Shown here: positions 46,258-57,706 of the stretch, in pieces
How positions within the stretch are numbered: position 1 is the stretch's first letter
Layout of the letters: each line of letters starts with the position of its first letter
Source: a virus
Length of the DNA: 64,000 nucleotides
Direction: 5' to 3' (one strand)
IMG/VR virus record: IMGVR_UViG_3300031857_000054
Location: 32,001 to 96,000 of that record
Translations under genes and position numbers: made by a program
Notes under the pieces: generated by a model
What the model saw: the letters and a program-made list of their open reading frames with translations, nothing else
Databases searched by the model: none
What the model was told of the DNA's origin: nothing

Positions 46258-49137
46258 ATGAATACTGGAAAAAACAGAGTTAAGGGTCTAAAGACGGAAC
46301 TTTTTAAGAAGAAGTACCAAACAGATCCTATGGTTAAGAATCCAACAGATATGTTGGGTATACCTGATATTACTAAAGATATATCTCAGTCATTGCCTAG
46401 TAAAGGTACTCCATACGATTGGAGTACTGGGGCAGAACCTAACGTTAAACTCCCTGAGTATAACCCAGTTACTATTGATACAAAAGCTGAGAAAGCAGGA
46501 GATGAAAAAATTAATATAGTAGGGGCAGAAGCAGAACCTTACAAAAGAGATTGGAGAGATTATGCCCGTATGGCTGTAGGTACAACCTCAGCTATTAAAG
46601 GTATTTACGATGACATCCAAACTCGTCAAGACAATACCGAACGTATTCAAAACTTAAATGACCGTCCTCGTTACATGCCTAATGAATATGAGTACATGGC
46701 AAGACCAGGAAGCCAAGGTGTAATCTATGCTAAGCATGGTGCAGAGATTCGCACAGGTACAGATTCAGGTGCAGAAGAAGCAGAGTTAGAGCGTGGTGAG
46801 ATGTTTATGATGCCTAACATGGACACATACATAGTAGGAGGAAAGAAGCATTCTCAAGGAGGTGAAAACTTTGTATTGCCTGAAGGTACTATTGTATTCT
46901 CTGACCATCTTAAAGTTCCAGGGTTAAACAAGACGTTTAGCGATGAAGCTAAAAAATACGACATTACTAAGTACAAAAAAATTCTAGACAACCCACACGC
47001 TAAAGCTGTTGATAGAAGTACTGCAGAAGTTTTGTTTGATAGAAACATGAAAAAACTTCAAGAGTTGTTTCAGATTCAACAAGGAATAAACGGCAACTCT
47101 ACTGGTGAAATGGAACCTGAAGGTATGAGAAAAGGTCAGTTTGGTATGGGCAATCCTTCTGCAATCTTTACACCACAACAGCAAGAACAATTTCGCATTA
47201 ATAACGCAAAGTTTTTTGGTCCTAATGCTCCAGTAGTTTTAACTCCAGAACAACAAAAAGGGTTCTACATGGGTCAAGGAATGTTCAACAATCCTAACTA
47301 TACCGAACAAGCGGTGACAAAGAGGGATTTTTCTACGCCTTACTCTAGTTGGAATGAAGAGAACTTAAGTACTAAAGCTGATGAAGCTGAAGCAGAGACT
47401 AAAAGACAAAAAGACTTTTTAGACAATCTAAAAGACACTGTAGATAATGCAGTAGCCAACAGCAGAATAGATGCAGATACAGGTATTAGAATGCTTGGCA
47501 ATATGGAAGATAACTATTCTTTCTACAACGCTGCACAGAATCAACCAAACAACCCTGCCACTTTAGGCGCTACTGCTACTCCTAGTCTTAATACAGCCAC
47601 TGAGCAGAATAAGCAAGTACTAAGTGACGAGACAGGAACTCAAAGTAAGACTAATGCAGCAGACCCTAGTTCTGTATACTACAAAACTTTACCTAATGGT
47701 AAGAAGATCTTTATTGAGAACCAAGGAGAATTTGCAGGTAAACAATTAGCCGAGCAATATGGCAATGACCCTACTAACTTATTAAGAAATAGATTGAATG
47801 AGTTTGGAGACGAACTCAATCCATTGTTAACAGATGCATTCAACAATACTGTAAAGAATGAAGGCTTAAAAATCAGTAGTGCCGACGAACTAGTAAATAT
47901 CCTAGAAGGTGGAAACTCAGACCTAACAGCTATCCGTAACTTCTATAAAGGTATGGGCCAAGAGGCTGAGTTGTTTGACTTCCAGTTAGACAAGGGATAC
48001 GATCCAGATATCCAAAGACAAAAGGCTGCTGAGAAGTACAAAGCTTATATAGAATCTTCACAGTTTGTTGAGGATGTAAAGGCAGGTAGAACTAGTCCTA
48101 ACTCTTTGCCTTTTTTGAAGAATAAGCCAGTAGCATACAAAGATGCTAATGGTCAGACTAGGTATAAGATAGATAACCCTGAGTTAAACCTTGATGCTGT
48201 ACAAAAGTATCAAGCTGCTTACAAAGCAATTGCTTCTGTAAAACAAGCAGAGAAAAAAAGAGGTAAAGACAAGGACCGTCTTAGAGGATTTAAAGTAGCC
48301 CCCGAAGGTTTAGCAGACCAAATGTTTTTAGGTATGCCTATCTCTGATGATGATAGACGACACGGTAATACTGCTATGGGCCAATTGTTAGGCTTTGAGG
48401 ACGAACCTTTGAAACCTAAAGAGAAACCAGGAGAAGAGCGTAAACGCAAAGATCCAGGAAAAGGTTATAATAAACAACTTGAAGGTGCTACAATGGGTAA
48501 GTACAACCCTGAAGGTTTTGACTATCCTCAGTTAGCTCCTGAGATTTACGGTGTAGCAGCATCTCAGATGTTTGCATATGCACCTATGGACTATAATGCT
48601 CCTTACTTGATGCCTCAAACATTAAACATTCAACCTCAGTTACAAGATATTGACAATTCTTATGTAGCTGCTATGAATGCAGGAGGAGATCCAAACACAG
48701 CTTTGATTGCTACACTTGGTGCTAAGCAGAGAGTATTCTCTGAGAAGCAAAACTTTGATGCACAACAAAGAGCAGCTGCTGACCAGTATAACGCACAAAG
48801 TAGATTCCAAGAAGATGTTTACGATATGCAATCTTTGGATAGAGTATACAATACTTTGATTGCACAAGCAGATGACGCAGTTACTGCACAACGTCAAGCG
48901 TTGATTGCCTCTGCTAGTCAGAAGAGGTCTGTATGGAAACAGGAAGAAGCACGTAAACAATTCTGGTATAACAACTTTGTACGTAGCTTTGACTACGATC
49001 CTAAGACTCGTTCCTTGACAGTAAAGAAAGATGCTGACAAAGAATTTGCAGCTCAACTAGAAGGTATGTATAGTAATACCGCAGGTATCCCAGAAGTAGA
49101 TAAAGCTAAAAAGACTACAAATACCAAAACCAAATAA
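46258..49137 (+). CDS. Cargo (ejection) protein
   Basis: 959 aa; AELERGE...GKKHSQGG...IVFSDHL module; position upstream of the giant cargo genes. Confidence 0.6.
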   Translation: MNTGKNRVKGLKTELFKKKYQTDPMVKNPTDMLGIPDITKDISQSLPSKGTPYDWSTGAEPNVKLPEYNPVTIDTKAEKAGDEKINIVGAEAEPYKRDWRDYARMAVGTTSAIKGIYDDIQTRQDNTERIQNLNDRPRYMPNEYEYMARPGSQGVIYAKHGAEIRTGTDSGAEEAELERGEMFMMPNMDTYIVGGKKHSQGGENFVLPEGTIVFSDHLKVPGLNKTFSDEAKKYDITKYKKILDNPHAKAVDRSTAEVLFDRNMKKLQELFQIQQGINGNSTGEMEPEGMRKGQFGMGNPSAIFTPQQQEQFRINNAKFFGPNAPVVLTPEQQKGFYMGQGMFNNPNYTEQAVTKRDFSTPYSSWNEENLSTKADEAEAETKRQKDFLDNLKDTVDNAVANSRIDADTGIRMLGNMEDNYSFYNAAQNQPNNPATLGATATPSLNTATEQNKQVLSDETGTQSKTNAADPSSVYYKTLPNGKKIFIENQGEFAGKQLAEQYGNDPTNLLRNRLNEFGDELNPLLTDAFNNTVKNEGLKISSADELVNILEGGNSDLTAIRNFYKGMGQEAELFDFQLDKGYDPDIQRQKAAEKYKAYIESSQFVEDVKAGRTSPNSLPFLKNKPVAYKDANGQTRYKIDNPELNLDAVQKYQAAYKAIASVKQAEKKRGKDKDRLRGFKVAPEGLADQMFLGMPISDDDRRHGNTAMGQLLGFEDEPLKPKEKPGEERKRKDPGKGYNKQLEGATMGKYNPEGFDYPQLAPEIYGVAASQMFAYAPMDYNAPYLMPQTLNIQPQLQDIDNSYVAAMNAGGDPNTALIATLGAKQRVFSEKQNFDAQQRAAADQYNAQSRFQEDVYDMQSLDRVYNTLIAQADDAVTAQRQALIASASQKRSVWKQEEARKQFWYNNFVRSFDYDPKTRSLTVKKDADKEFAAQLEGMYSNTAGIPEVDKAKKTTNTKTK

Positions 49138-49149
49138 GATAAGTAACCT

Positions 49150-50838
49150 ATGGCTATTTCAGCACAACATACTAGATTTGTCACCAACGATTACGTAAAT
49201 GCTCTTCCTGCAGACGACCTTATAAAGGTTGCAATGAAGAAGCAGGAGATGTATGACGAAGGTCGAAAGCAAATCAAACAGAATCTAGATAACTACGGAA
49301 AACTCCGTGGTATGTTATTGACAGATGACGAACGTAATTACTTTGACCAAGAGTTAAATAAGTTAGTTAAGAACGTACAGGAGAATGCAGGTTTGGATTT
49401 CTCAAACATGAATAACGTAGAGGCTGTTATTAACTTGGGTAAACCTTTTGAAAATGATGAGTACATTAAGGCAGGTATTGATTGGGGAGTAGAGTATCAG
49501 AATCGCCAAAAGCAATTGTCTGGTGTTGCTAAAGAAAAAAGAAACGCAGATAACGATTTAGTTTACATGTACGATATCCAAGAACACATTGAGAAAGGTG
49601 GTCTTGGTAAAAAAGTGCAGAAGAACAAAGCCTATGTAGAGTACACAGATATTACAAAGGAGTTACGTGAGATTGAAGAGAAGGTATCTGCTGAAACTGC
49701 TACTGTATTTAAAGAAGGTCCTGCAGGATATATTCAACAGGTTGATGTTAAAAGAAAAACTAGAGAGCAAATCATGGCTCGTCTTCAAAACAGTTTAACT
49801 CCTGCACAGCAAGCCCAACTTCAGATACACGCACAAGCTAATATGTATCGTTTAGGTAACGATGTTCTTTATCAAACTTGGGTAGGTCACAACAAAGAAG
49901 AGAAGTTGATGTACGACCAAGCTAAGAAAGAAGCAATGCAAGAACGTTCTAGGCTAACGTCTATAGACCCAAAAAAGATGACTGCCCAAGATAAAGCAAA
50001 CTTGAGAGAAGTAGAAAGCATTATTCAAAAGAGTGAGAATTACATAACTGCAGCTAACGAAAACATTAATATGAACCCAGATGATTTTGATATGGGTGAA
50101 TATGTTCCGTTCTTCACTAGCAGGTTTATCAGTGGTATTGCAGGTAACTTGACTAAAGAAGAAGTTAAAGTAGAGTTGAAAGAAGATAGAGTGTACATGG
50201 AGAACATGAAACACAGAAACAGATTAGGTGAGATTGCTGCCCAAGGTGCACAGAGTAGATTGACTAAACAGTTTGAGTTTGAGCAAGAGAACTATTCTGT
50301 AGGTAGTCAAGTAAGCTTGAATAGTTTGAAACGAGTTACCAATTACATGAGTAAGGACTTTAAACTAGACACAAGCAAGAAACCTTCTGAACAAATTGAT
50401 CAGGTTATCAATCAACTTTATAACTTAAATAACGAGAATGCCGCAAAACTTAGTCCTACTCAAGTAGAACTTTATGCAAGAGAGTTAAGAACTTTGCAAG
50501 CTGTTTACAGAACTTACGAAGGTTCTAAAGGAAGTAAAGATAAAGTATCATTAAACAGATCACAGGGATTGGGTAGAGTGGAAACATCAATAGATGATTT
50601 CCTAACTAGACCTGTAACTGATATCTTTAACTCTGGTTTAACTTTGGAGACAATGCAGTTTCGTAAAGACCTAGGAGGTTCTAAAAGTAGCGGAGGTGCC
50701 ACTCCATCAGAAACAGTACAAAAAGAGTGGAATACAAACTACGAAAGAGCAATCAAGTTAGGTCAATCAGAAGAGCAAGCTAGAGCGTCAGCTAATGCAG
50801 CAATGAAGAAAAAACTTGAAGGAAAAGAGACCGAATAA
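49150..50838 (+). CDS. Cargo (ejection) protein, helical
   Basis: 562 aa; YVNALP...KQEMYD start; two genes upstream of the virion RNAP. Confidence 0.6.
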   Translation: MAISAQHTRFVTNDYVNALPADDLIKVAMKKQEMYDEGRKQIKQNLDNYGKLRGMLLTDDERNYFDQELNKLVKNVQENAGLDFSNMNNVEAVINLGKPFENDEYIKAGIDWGVEYQNRQKQLSGVAKEKRNADNDLVYMYDIQEHIEKGGLGKKVQKNKAYVEYTDITKELREIEEKVSAETATVFKEGPAGYIQQVDVKRKTREQIMARLQNSLTPAQQAQLQIHAQANMYRLGNDVLYQTWVGHNKEEKLMYDQAKKEAMQERSRLTSIDPKKMTAQDKANLREVESIIQKSENYITAANENINMNPDDFDMGEYVPFFTSRFISGIAGNLTKEEVKVELKEDRVYMENMKHRNRLGEIAAQGAQSRLTKQFEFEQENYSVGSQVSLNSLKRVTNYMSKDFKLDTSKKPSEQIDQVINQLYNLNNENAAKLSPTQVELYARELRTLQAVYRTYEGSKGSKDKVSLNRSQGLGRVETSIDDFLTRPVTDIFNSGLTLETMQFRKDLGGSKSSGGATPSETVQKEWNTNYERAIKLGQSEEQARASANAAMKKKLEGKETE

Positions 50839-50849
50839 TTAGATTCTAA

Positions 50850-53800
50850 ATGTACACCCCAGGAACAATCAAAGCAATTGGACTGATGTCAAAAGGCGTT
50901 AGTTCAGATAGGGCATTTGCAGAAGGCCGTAATATAGATTTACAAGCAGCACAAACTAGAATAAACTTCTATACTCAAGAAAGTTTAAAGTCTAGTATGC
51001 TTACTAGTTTACCTAGTACTGCCTCTAGCACTAATATAAATACGCCAGGGGTAGCTTCTACAACTCCTGCAAAGGTTACTAATCCCACCCCTTCTACTAC
51101 TATTAGTAAAACGTGGGATGACATGATAAAAGAAGGCTACAAAAGAAACACAGGAGACGGTTCTTACCTAGCCAATGCACCTGGTATGGTTCAAGCACCC
51201 GTAGCAACTGGTTCACAAAAGAAGTTAAAAACTTTTTTTGATGATAGGTATATGCCTACACAGAAAGAGTTAGAGCAACAAAAGAACATTGAAGTAAAAG
51301 ATGATTTACTTTATATAGAGAATTCACTGAAGAATAATGGTTGGGGAGTAAAGAATGCAAATGAAGGGATTCAAGTAGCAGCTCAAAGAACTGCTTCTAT
51401 CCTAAGTAAGCCTGTGTCTGAGACTAGCTTAGTCGGAGATTTAACTAGTATGTTGACTCCTGAAAAACAAGCCGAAGTAAAAGAACAAGAGAAACAGAGA
51501 GTAAAGTCTTTTGAAACTAGTGCTAGTAATTACTTTAAATCTACCAGTATTCCTGATTTAGTAAAAACTAAGAAGTTACTTTATACCGATATTGATGGTC
51601 AACTAAAAGATTTAGAGGAACAGTCTAAGTATTGGAGTCAGTCAGCTATTCGAAGTGGAGATCAACAATCTATTAAGGATAGCCAAGAAAGAGTAGGTAA
51701 GATTACTGCAAAGAAACTTGAGTTAAACAAACTTAAGAATTCTCTTGAGGATACCTACGAAAAGAGAGTTACTGCTATTAAGAGTAAAGAAACAGTTGGT
51801 GCGTTAGAACAGTTAAGAACTAACTTTAAAACAGACGAAGATTTCTTAAAAAGTCTAGACTCTTTTAAAAACAAAGCAGGTGGATTGGCTACTGTTAGTA
51901 GCGACTTTACTAAGGTACTTAAAGACATCTACAACGAAAACTACCTTGATAGAGCACTAACTGAAGCGGACATTGAAACAGGGGGTAAGAAGGTAATAAA
52001 TGAAATTGCTCTTCAGAGATTTCTAGAAGGCACTCCATTGACTACTGGTGCTTTAGGAGAAGTTAATGAAAGTAGGTATGATGGCTTTAAAGGAGATTTA
52101 ATCAAATCGCACCTACAATTAGGTCAAGGTATTACTACTGAGTTGACCAATAAAGTTATTACTGCGGTAAAAAGACAAGAACAACTTGTTAAAGAAGCTG
52201 AGTCGTCTACTATAACTCCAAACAGACTACAGGAGATTCAGAAAGAAATCTCAGTACTGCAACAAAGTGTTGACTTTAATAAAAAGTTGATTGACAAAAC
52301 TAGTGAGATTCATAATCCAGAAGCATTTAAGACAAACAAAGAGCTTACTAACTTCTTAGGTACATATGTAGAAAGAGAAGAAAAGAAAGAAGCTTTAAGT
52401 AAGTTTTACTTTAAGCAGGATTATGGAGTAGCTAAAGGAGCTTATATAGTAGGACGTACTGGTCAAAAGGTAGCACAGGGAGTAGCTCAGCAGTTTTTAG
52501 GAAACATAATTGAAGGACTAGGAGGTGCTACAGGCTGGGAATGGCTAGAGACAAAAGGACGTAGATTCAATAACGCAGTTACAGTTGAAGAATTAGTAAA
52601 CTTTGATAAGGTTAACTCTAGAGGACAATATCAAACTACTGCAGATTTTATTTTTGAAGATGCTGAAGGTAACAGAGAGTACAACCCAAGTGCATTAGTA
52701 TTCCAAGGAGGTGAGATGTTACCTCTAATAGTAGGGTCAATGTATGGTGGTGGTGCCATTGCAGGTGGTGCTGGCCGATTAATGGCTAGGAATTTAAAGA
52801 CTCTAACTGCAAAAGGAATGATGAGTAGTGCAAGAGCAGCACAATTCACAGGCACACTTGCAAAGACTGGTAGTTATAGAGCAGCATTTCAAAATGTAAC
52901 AGCAGCTAGTAAGAATCCATTAGTACAACAGTTGAGTGCAAGAGTACCTAACGCAATGAGTATGACTGCAATTGTTTACCCCCAACAGTTTGTCGCTACT
53001 TATAGAGACTTATACGAGAAGGGCGTAGAGAATGCTAGAACTAAGGCACATGCAATTGCGAGTATATCTACAGGAATAGAAGTTCTTACAGAGAACATAT
53101 TTCCTGATATGAAGTACTTAGATGATTTTGCGGAGAAAGGTATCTTCGGCAAAGCCTGGGTAGGTAGTTATCAGCAATACAGAACTTTATATGGCAATGT
53201 TTTTGGTGATGCTTTTAGTCCTACGACTTTAGATTACTTAGCTACAAGATCTTTGAATCTAGCTGGTAAGGGAGCTTCTGTAGGTAGGTTTATGTTGGCT
53301 CGTGGAACTGAGGAAGGAATAGAAGAAGTGTCAGCAGAGTTAATGAACTTCTTTGCTGATAACGAAGGGCTAGCAAACTTAAAAGGAGAACCTGCAAAAG
53401 AATTAACAGTTGATGGTTTGATTACAGCATTTTCAGGAAGTTACTTTACGTTTCCAATCGGAGCAGGTAAACAGATAAAGGCACATAATGAAAATAGAAA
53501 GTATGGTGAGATGTACGACATCATGCTTAATGCTCAGTACTATAAAAACAAAATAGACCAAGAGTTAAAGGCAGGTAAGATAACAGCCGACAAAGCTGCT
53601 ACTGCTTTAGGTAAGATACAAGAGTTAGAGGCAATAGAAAAAGAATACGGAGTTCGTAATCTTAAGAATCTAGACAATAAGAAACTAGAGCAGCTAACAG
53701 ATTTAATGGAAGATCAACATCTTCAGTTTGATTACTTTAAGAACATCTTAAAGAAAAACTCAATTGATGAGAAACTTACTTCCTTAGACAAACAGACTTA

Positions 53801-56800
53801 TACTGAAGACCAAAAGAAAGAGCTGATAGCTATGTCTGAAGAGGCAGCTAAGACAATAGACCAGTATAAAAAGAAGTCTGATTTCTACAGTCAATTAACA
53901 GATGAAGATAAAAAAGGAGTTCTTGACAATAGTATTAATGGTAAGTTACAGTTAACTCGTTTTGCTAGAACGGAAGACATAGAAAACTTAGGATCAAATC
54001 TTGAGGACTATGCGGCGACGGTTGTTGCAAGTAGAAGACCTGGTTACTTTGTTGAAAGTATTAGACAGTACAGAGATAACGTCAAAAAGATTAAAGATGA
54101 AAGAGAGCAGGCCGAGCAAGATGCAATTGCAGGAGGCACTTATAATCCTTTAGTTGACGCTATAGAGAACAAAACTCCCACCACTACTCCTACTAGTATT
54201 ACATCACAAGATGAACTTCAAGGAGTATTAGCACAAGCTGTCATGGCTCCAGACAGAGGCGGAGACTTAGTTGCTTATTTTAATGGATCATTTGATCAGC
54301 AGTTAGAAGCAATTGAAGCAGATACAGAAAGAGTTACTGCAATGTACTTAGAGTCAGTATCTAGCTCAGGACAAAGTGGTGACACTATAGAAATGCAACC
54401 TGATGGTACTGAAGAAATCAGTACTCAAGAAAGAGATCCTATAGACAACGATAAGCGAATTGCGGACTTAACAGAAGAACAGCAAGATGAGTTGGCTGAG
54501 ATGCTTGCTGAACTTAATAATCAATACGATGATGTTTTAGAAAGAAAGCAAACTATTGCTAAGGTAGTTGGAACTGCTATAGACGCTGTAGCACCTAGCG
54601 AGATAATGGGAATGACTGATGCAGCTGCTCAGACAGAAGCTTACACAGAGTGGGTTAAAGACTTACTTACTAAAGTAACAGAGGAAGCAGAAGCTGTTAG
54701 GCAAGTTATGGCTGATGATACTTCTTTAGCTCAGAGTGTTTTCTACGACAAGATATCTTATCTTGAATATAAAGCAGACAATAAAGAAAAAATTGACAAG
54801 AAGTTAGCTGAGATTAAAAAAATTAAAGAAGAGAGAAAAGCTGCTGAAACTCCAACTGTAGAAGAAACAAGAAATAATGTAACTGCTAAAGAGAAGTCAG
54901 AGGAAACTGGCAAAGAAGTTAGCATTGAAGTTCCAGAGTTGATTCAATCAGATGTAACTCCAGAGTTTGCACAAGGTCTTACTGCGTTGGAAACTATGCC
55001 AAAGAGTAGACTTACAGCAACAGCAAGTCAAGCAGCAGGAGATATTGTTACAGATGAAGAGTACAATGCCCAACGTGGTGTTGTTATTCAAAACCTATTA
55101 GGAGAAGTTCTAGGTTCTACTTCCTTGGATTCTGCTTTGGCTAAGATGTACTCTATTATGGAGGCGGCCGAAGTATCAGTAGAAGAGAAAGCAAAAACCT
55201 TAGAGTTAATGAAGAAGGTTGCAAACAGTGAGCCTGTGCTTGAAGAGGACTACACTCACATGTTTGAGTTACTTTTAATCAAAGCAAACCTTGACTTAGC
55301 AAAGCTTAAGTTTACAGGTCCCGAAGCAGAAGTTGAGGTACCAGCAATAGTAGCAACACAGGTTGACGAAAGAACTGCCGAAGAGATAGAAAGAACTACT
55401 GCCATTCCTGCTCCTGTAACTAAGAAAGCAAAGACTAAAAAAGTAGAGGCTAAGATTAGTTTACCTGCAGAACAACCTACTGCTGAAACAAATGTTATTG
55501 ATACACTAGCAAACAATCAAAAGATTGTAAGTGAAGTTAAAGTAGAAGTAGCTACAACAGAGGAAGCAAAATCTGAAGTACAGAGTAAGAATCAAATAGT
55601 AAGTACTAGTAAAATATATAGGCCTGGTGACCCAAATGCTAGAACTGCAGAGCATTTTACTATCCAAGAAAAAATTATTGAGTCTGTAGACAAAGAGTTT
55701 AGGACTGTTAATACAGCAGTAGTAGATTTGTTTACTATTGTGGAGCAAGTCTTAGGAGCAGAAACTTTAGTTAAGATGGAAGAAATCTTTGACGAAGTAC
55801 AATCTAAACCTACACCAGAAAGACTGCAAGAGTTACGTGGGCAGTTCTTAAAACTATTCCCTGCAAACTTTATGGATATTGGGAAAATTGAATATATGTT
55901 TGATACTCAGATGGTTAAGAATGTTTCTCAGTCTGACTTAACACAAGTTAATGAAAGAAACCTTAATGCTACTGAAACTGAAATTTACCAGGTAAACAAA
56001 GGAAGAAAAGTTCCAGAAGTAAAACTAAAAGATGGTCGTATCATAAAAGATACTGTAGTAAGAGAGAGTAATGGAAAATTACTTTTGTTAAAAGCAGTAG
56101 ATGTACTGGATGCAAAAGGTAAACCGATTACAGATAAAGAAGGTAAACCTATTGTTGATAAAACTTGGATTCGTTTTGAGCAAATAGCAAATCCTACTGA
56201 GATACTTGCCTACCCAATAATAGGAACAGAGCCAATGACTTTTACTGCTTTAAATGTACTAACGTTTACAGTATTAGATGGTGATGGAAAAGTTCAGAAG
56301 TATAACAACAATGGGGATAAGACAGAGTCAGGTAATAAAGTATTGATAACTTATTTGCCTACAAGTAAAGGAAAAGCAAATCCTACCCCACAGCAAAAAG
56401 CATTTGATACTATGAGGAATTCAGTATCCCAAGGAGAAAGAGTAGTACACAATGTAAAGATTACAGGACCTAGTGATAGTGATTCTGAAGTTACAATGCC
56501 AGACAAAACTGTTAAAAAAGGAAACTATGGATTTACATTCAGTACAGAAACTTTAACCCCTGTAGATAAGACATTACCTATAGCAGAAGTTGAAGAAGAA
56601 AAAGCAGTTACTCAAATTATTGCAAATAAAGGGAATCAACAAGATTCTGTAAATGCTTTAGAGGTTCTAGTAAAGAAAGCTAAAACTATACCAGATCCTT
56701 CTAAAGAAGGTTACTTAATTGACGGAGAAAGATATGAGCGTCAGTCAGGCTTCACTAGACGTGTTATGGGTAAGACTCAAGTAGATACAGAAGATTCTGT

Positions 56801-57704
56801 TATCAACATGGAAAAGGGAGCTGCTGTAGGTAACTTGTTAGACATCATTGGACGTGATGTTCTTGGAGGTCGTACCGTAAAATCTTTGAGTGAGTATATC
56901 AAAGAAGCAGAAGGTATGGGTAAATCTCTGAGAGAAGGTAAAGGATACAAACTTGAGTTTACACAAGAACAGTTTGATGCTTTAGTAGCAGAACTAGAAA
57001 GTGTTAAAAAAGAACTTACTCGTCAGGGATACAAAGTATATACTGAAGGACTTGTAATCTATCGTAAGTACACTCAGGAAGAAAAGGTAGCTACAGGTTT
57101 TGCTGGTGTTGCAGGTGCTATGGATATTGTAGCAGTAGACAAAGACGGAGGTGTTCATATCATTGACTTCAAGAACAAGAAGTTTAAGAATACTCAAACG
57201 TTTAAGTCAAGCATGTATAACTCCAATGAACGTTTCCCTTCTAACATTAGTAAGTGGGGTACGCAGCAAACTGCATACGGTGTATTATCAGGTGACTTTG
57301 GTTTACCTATTCGTTCAATTAATATCTTAGCTTTTGCTTCTCAGTATGAAGAAAGTAATGGAGTTATTACAGTTAATATGTTGAGTAAAGGTAGTGACCA
57401 GGTTCCTGTGTTAGCACAGAACAAGAGTGACATTTCTGACTCAATTATTAGATTAAAATATGATAGCAAAATTGCTGCACAAATTAATTCACGTACAGTA
57501 AAGCCTACTCCTCAACCACTTAACAAGGAAGCTGATAAAGTACAACTAGAGACTATCAAAGAAAATGTTCCTGATTTGACTGATTCAGAAGCTAGAAACG
57601 CTAGTCTTGTATTATCTTCGCTAGGTATGAATTTAAACAATGTAAAATCTGGTTTAGATTCTAAAGACGAAAATCCCACCACTAAAAATCCCCCTACCTG
57701 TTAA
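50850..57704 (+). CDS. Giant virion cargo protein with C-terminal PD-(D/E)xK nuclease-like domain
   Basis: 2284 aa; G/A-rich hydrophobic segments, EGIEE motif; GVAGAMDIV...IIDFK...QQTAY near the end. Confidence 0.65.
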   Translation: MYTPGTIKAIGLMSKGVSSDRAFAEGRNIDLQAAQTRINFYTQESLKSSMLTSLPSTASSTNINTPGVASTTPAKVTNPTPSTTISKTWDDMIKEGYKRNTGDGSYLANAPGMVQAPVATGSQKKLKTFFDDRYMPTQKELEQQKNIEVKDDLLYIENSLKNNGWGVKNANEGIQVAAQRTASILSKPVSETSLVGDLTSMLTPEKQAEVKEQEKQRVKSFETSASNYFKSTSIPDLVKTKKLLYTDIDGQLKDLEEQSKYWSQSAIRSGDQQSIKDSQERVGKITAKKLELNKLKNSLEDTYEKRVTAIKSKETVGALEQLRTNFKTDEDFLKSLDSFKNKAGGLATVSSDFTKVLKDIYNENYLDRALTEADIETGGKKVINEIALQRFLEGTPLTTGALGEVNESRYDGFKGDLIKSHLQLGQGITTELTNKVITAVKRQEQLVKEAESSTITPNRLQEIQKEISVLQQSVDFNKKLIDKTSEIHNPEAFKTNKELTNFLGTYVEREEKKEALSKFYFKQDYGVAKGAYIVGRTGQKVAQGVAQQFLGNIIEGLGGATGWEWLETKGRRFNNAVTVEELVNFDKVNSRGQYQTTADFIFEDAEGNREYNPSALVFQGGEMLPLIVGSMYGGGAIAGGAGRLMARNLKTLTAKGMMSSARAAQFTGTLAKTGSYRAAFQNVTAASKNPLVQQLSARVPNAMSMTAIVYPQQFVATYRDLYEKGVENARTKAHAIASISTGIEVLTENIFPDMKYLDDFAEKGIFGKAWVGSYQQYRTLYGNVFGDAFSPTTLDYLATRSLNLAGKGASVGRFMLARGTEEGIEEVSAELMNFFADNEGLANLKGEPAKELTVDGLITAFSGSYFTFPIGAGKQIKAHNENRKYGEMYDIMLNAQYYKNKIDQELKAGKITADKAATALGKIQELEAIEKEYGVRNLKNLDNKKLEQLTDLMEDQHLQFDYFKNILKKNSIDEKLTSLDKQTYTEDQKKELIAMSEEAAKTIDQYKKKSDFYSQLTDEDKKGVLDNSINGKLQLTRFARTEDIENLGSNLEDYAATVVASRRPGYFVESIRQYRDNVKKIKDEREQAEQDAIAGGTYNPLVDAIENKTPTTTPTSITSQDELQGVLAQAVMAPDRGGDLVAYFNGSFDQQLEAIEADTERVTAMYLESVSSSGQSGDTIEMQPDGTEEISTQERDPIDNDKRIADLTEEQQDELAEMLAELNNQYDDVLERKQTIAKVVGTAIDAVAPSEIMGMTDAAAQTEAYTEWVKDLLTKVTEEAEAVRQVMADDTSLAQSVFYDKISYLEYKADNKEKIDKKLAEIKKIKEERKAAETPTVEETRNNVTAKEKSEETGKEVSIEVPELIQSDVTPEFAQGLTALETMPKSRLTATASQAAGDIVTDEEYNAQRGVVIQNLLGEVLGSTSLDSALAKMYSIMEAAEVSVEEKAKTLELMKKVANSEPVLEEDYTHMFELLLIKANLDLAKLKFTGPEAEVEVPAIVATQVDERTAEEIERTTAIPAPVTKKAKTKKVEAKISLPAEQPTAETNVIDTLANNQKIVSEVKVEVATTEEAKSEVQSKNQIVSTSKIYRPGDPNARTAEHFTIQEKIIESVDKEFRTVNTAVVDLFTIVEQVLGAETLVKMEEIFDEVQSKPTPERLQELRGQFLKLFPANFMDIGKIEYMFDTQMVKNVSQSDLTQVNERNLNATETEIYQVNKGRKVPEVKLKDGRIIKDTVVRESNGKLLLLKAVDVLDAKGKPITDKEGKPIVDKTWIRFEQIANPTEILAYPIIGTEPMTFTALNVLTFTVLDGDGKVQKYNNNGDKTESGNKVLITYLPTSKGKANPTPQQKAFDTMRNSVSQGERVVHNVKITGPSDSDSEVTMPDKTVKKGNYGFTFSTETLTPVDKTLPIAEVEEEKAVTQIIANKGNQQDSVNALEVLVKKAKTIPDPSKEGYLIDGERYERQSGFTRRVMGKTQVDTEDSVINMEKGAAVGNLLDIIGRDVLGGRTVKSLSEYIKEAEGMGKSLREGKGYKLEFTQEQFDALVAELESVKKELTRQGYKVYTEGLVIYRKYTQEEKVATGFAGVAGAMDIVAVDKDGGVHIIDFKNKKFKNTQTFKSSMYNSNERFPSNISKWGTQQTAYGVLSGDFGLPIRSINILAFASQYEESNGVITVNMLSKGSDQVPVLAQNKSDISDSIIRLKYDSKIAAQINSRTVKPTPQPLNKEADKVQLETIKENVPDLTDSEARNASLVLSSLGMNLNNVKSGLDSKDENPTTKNPPTC

Positions 57705-57706
57705 CA

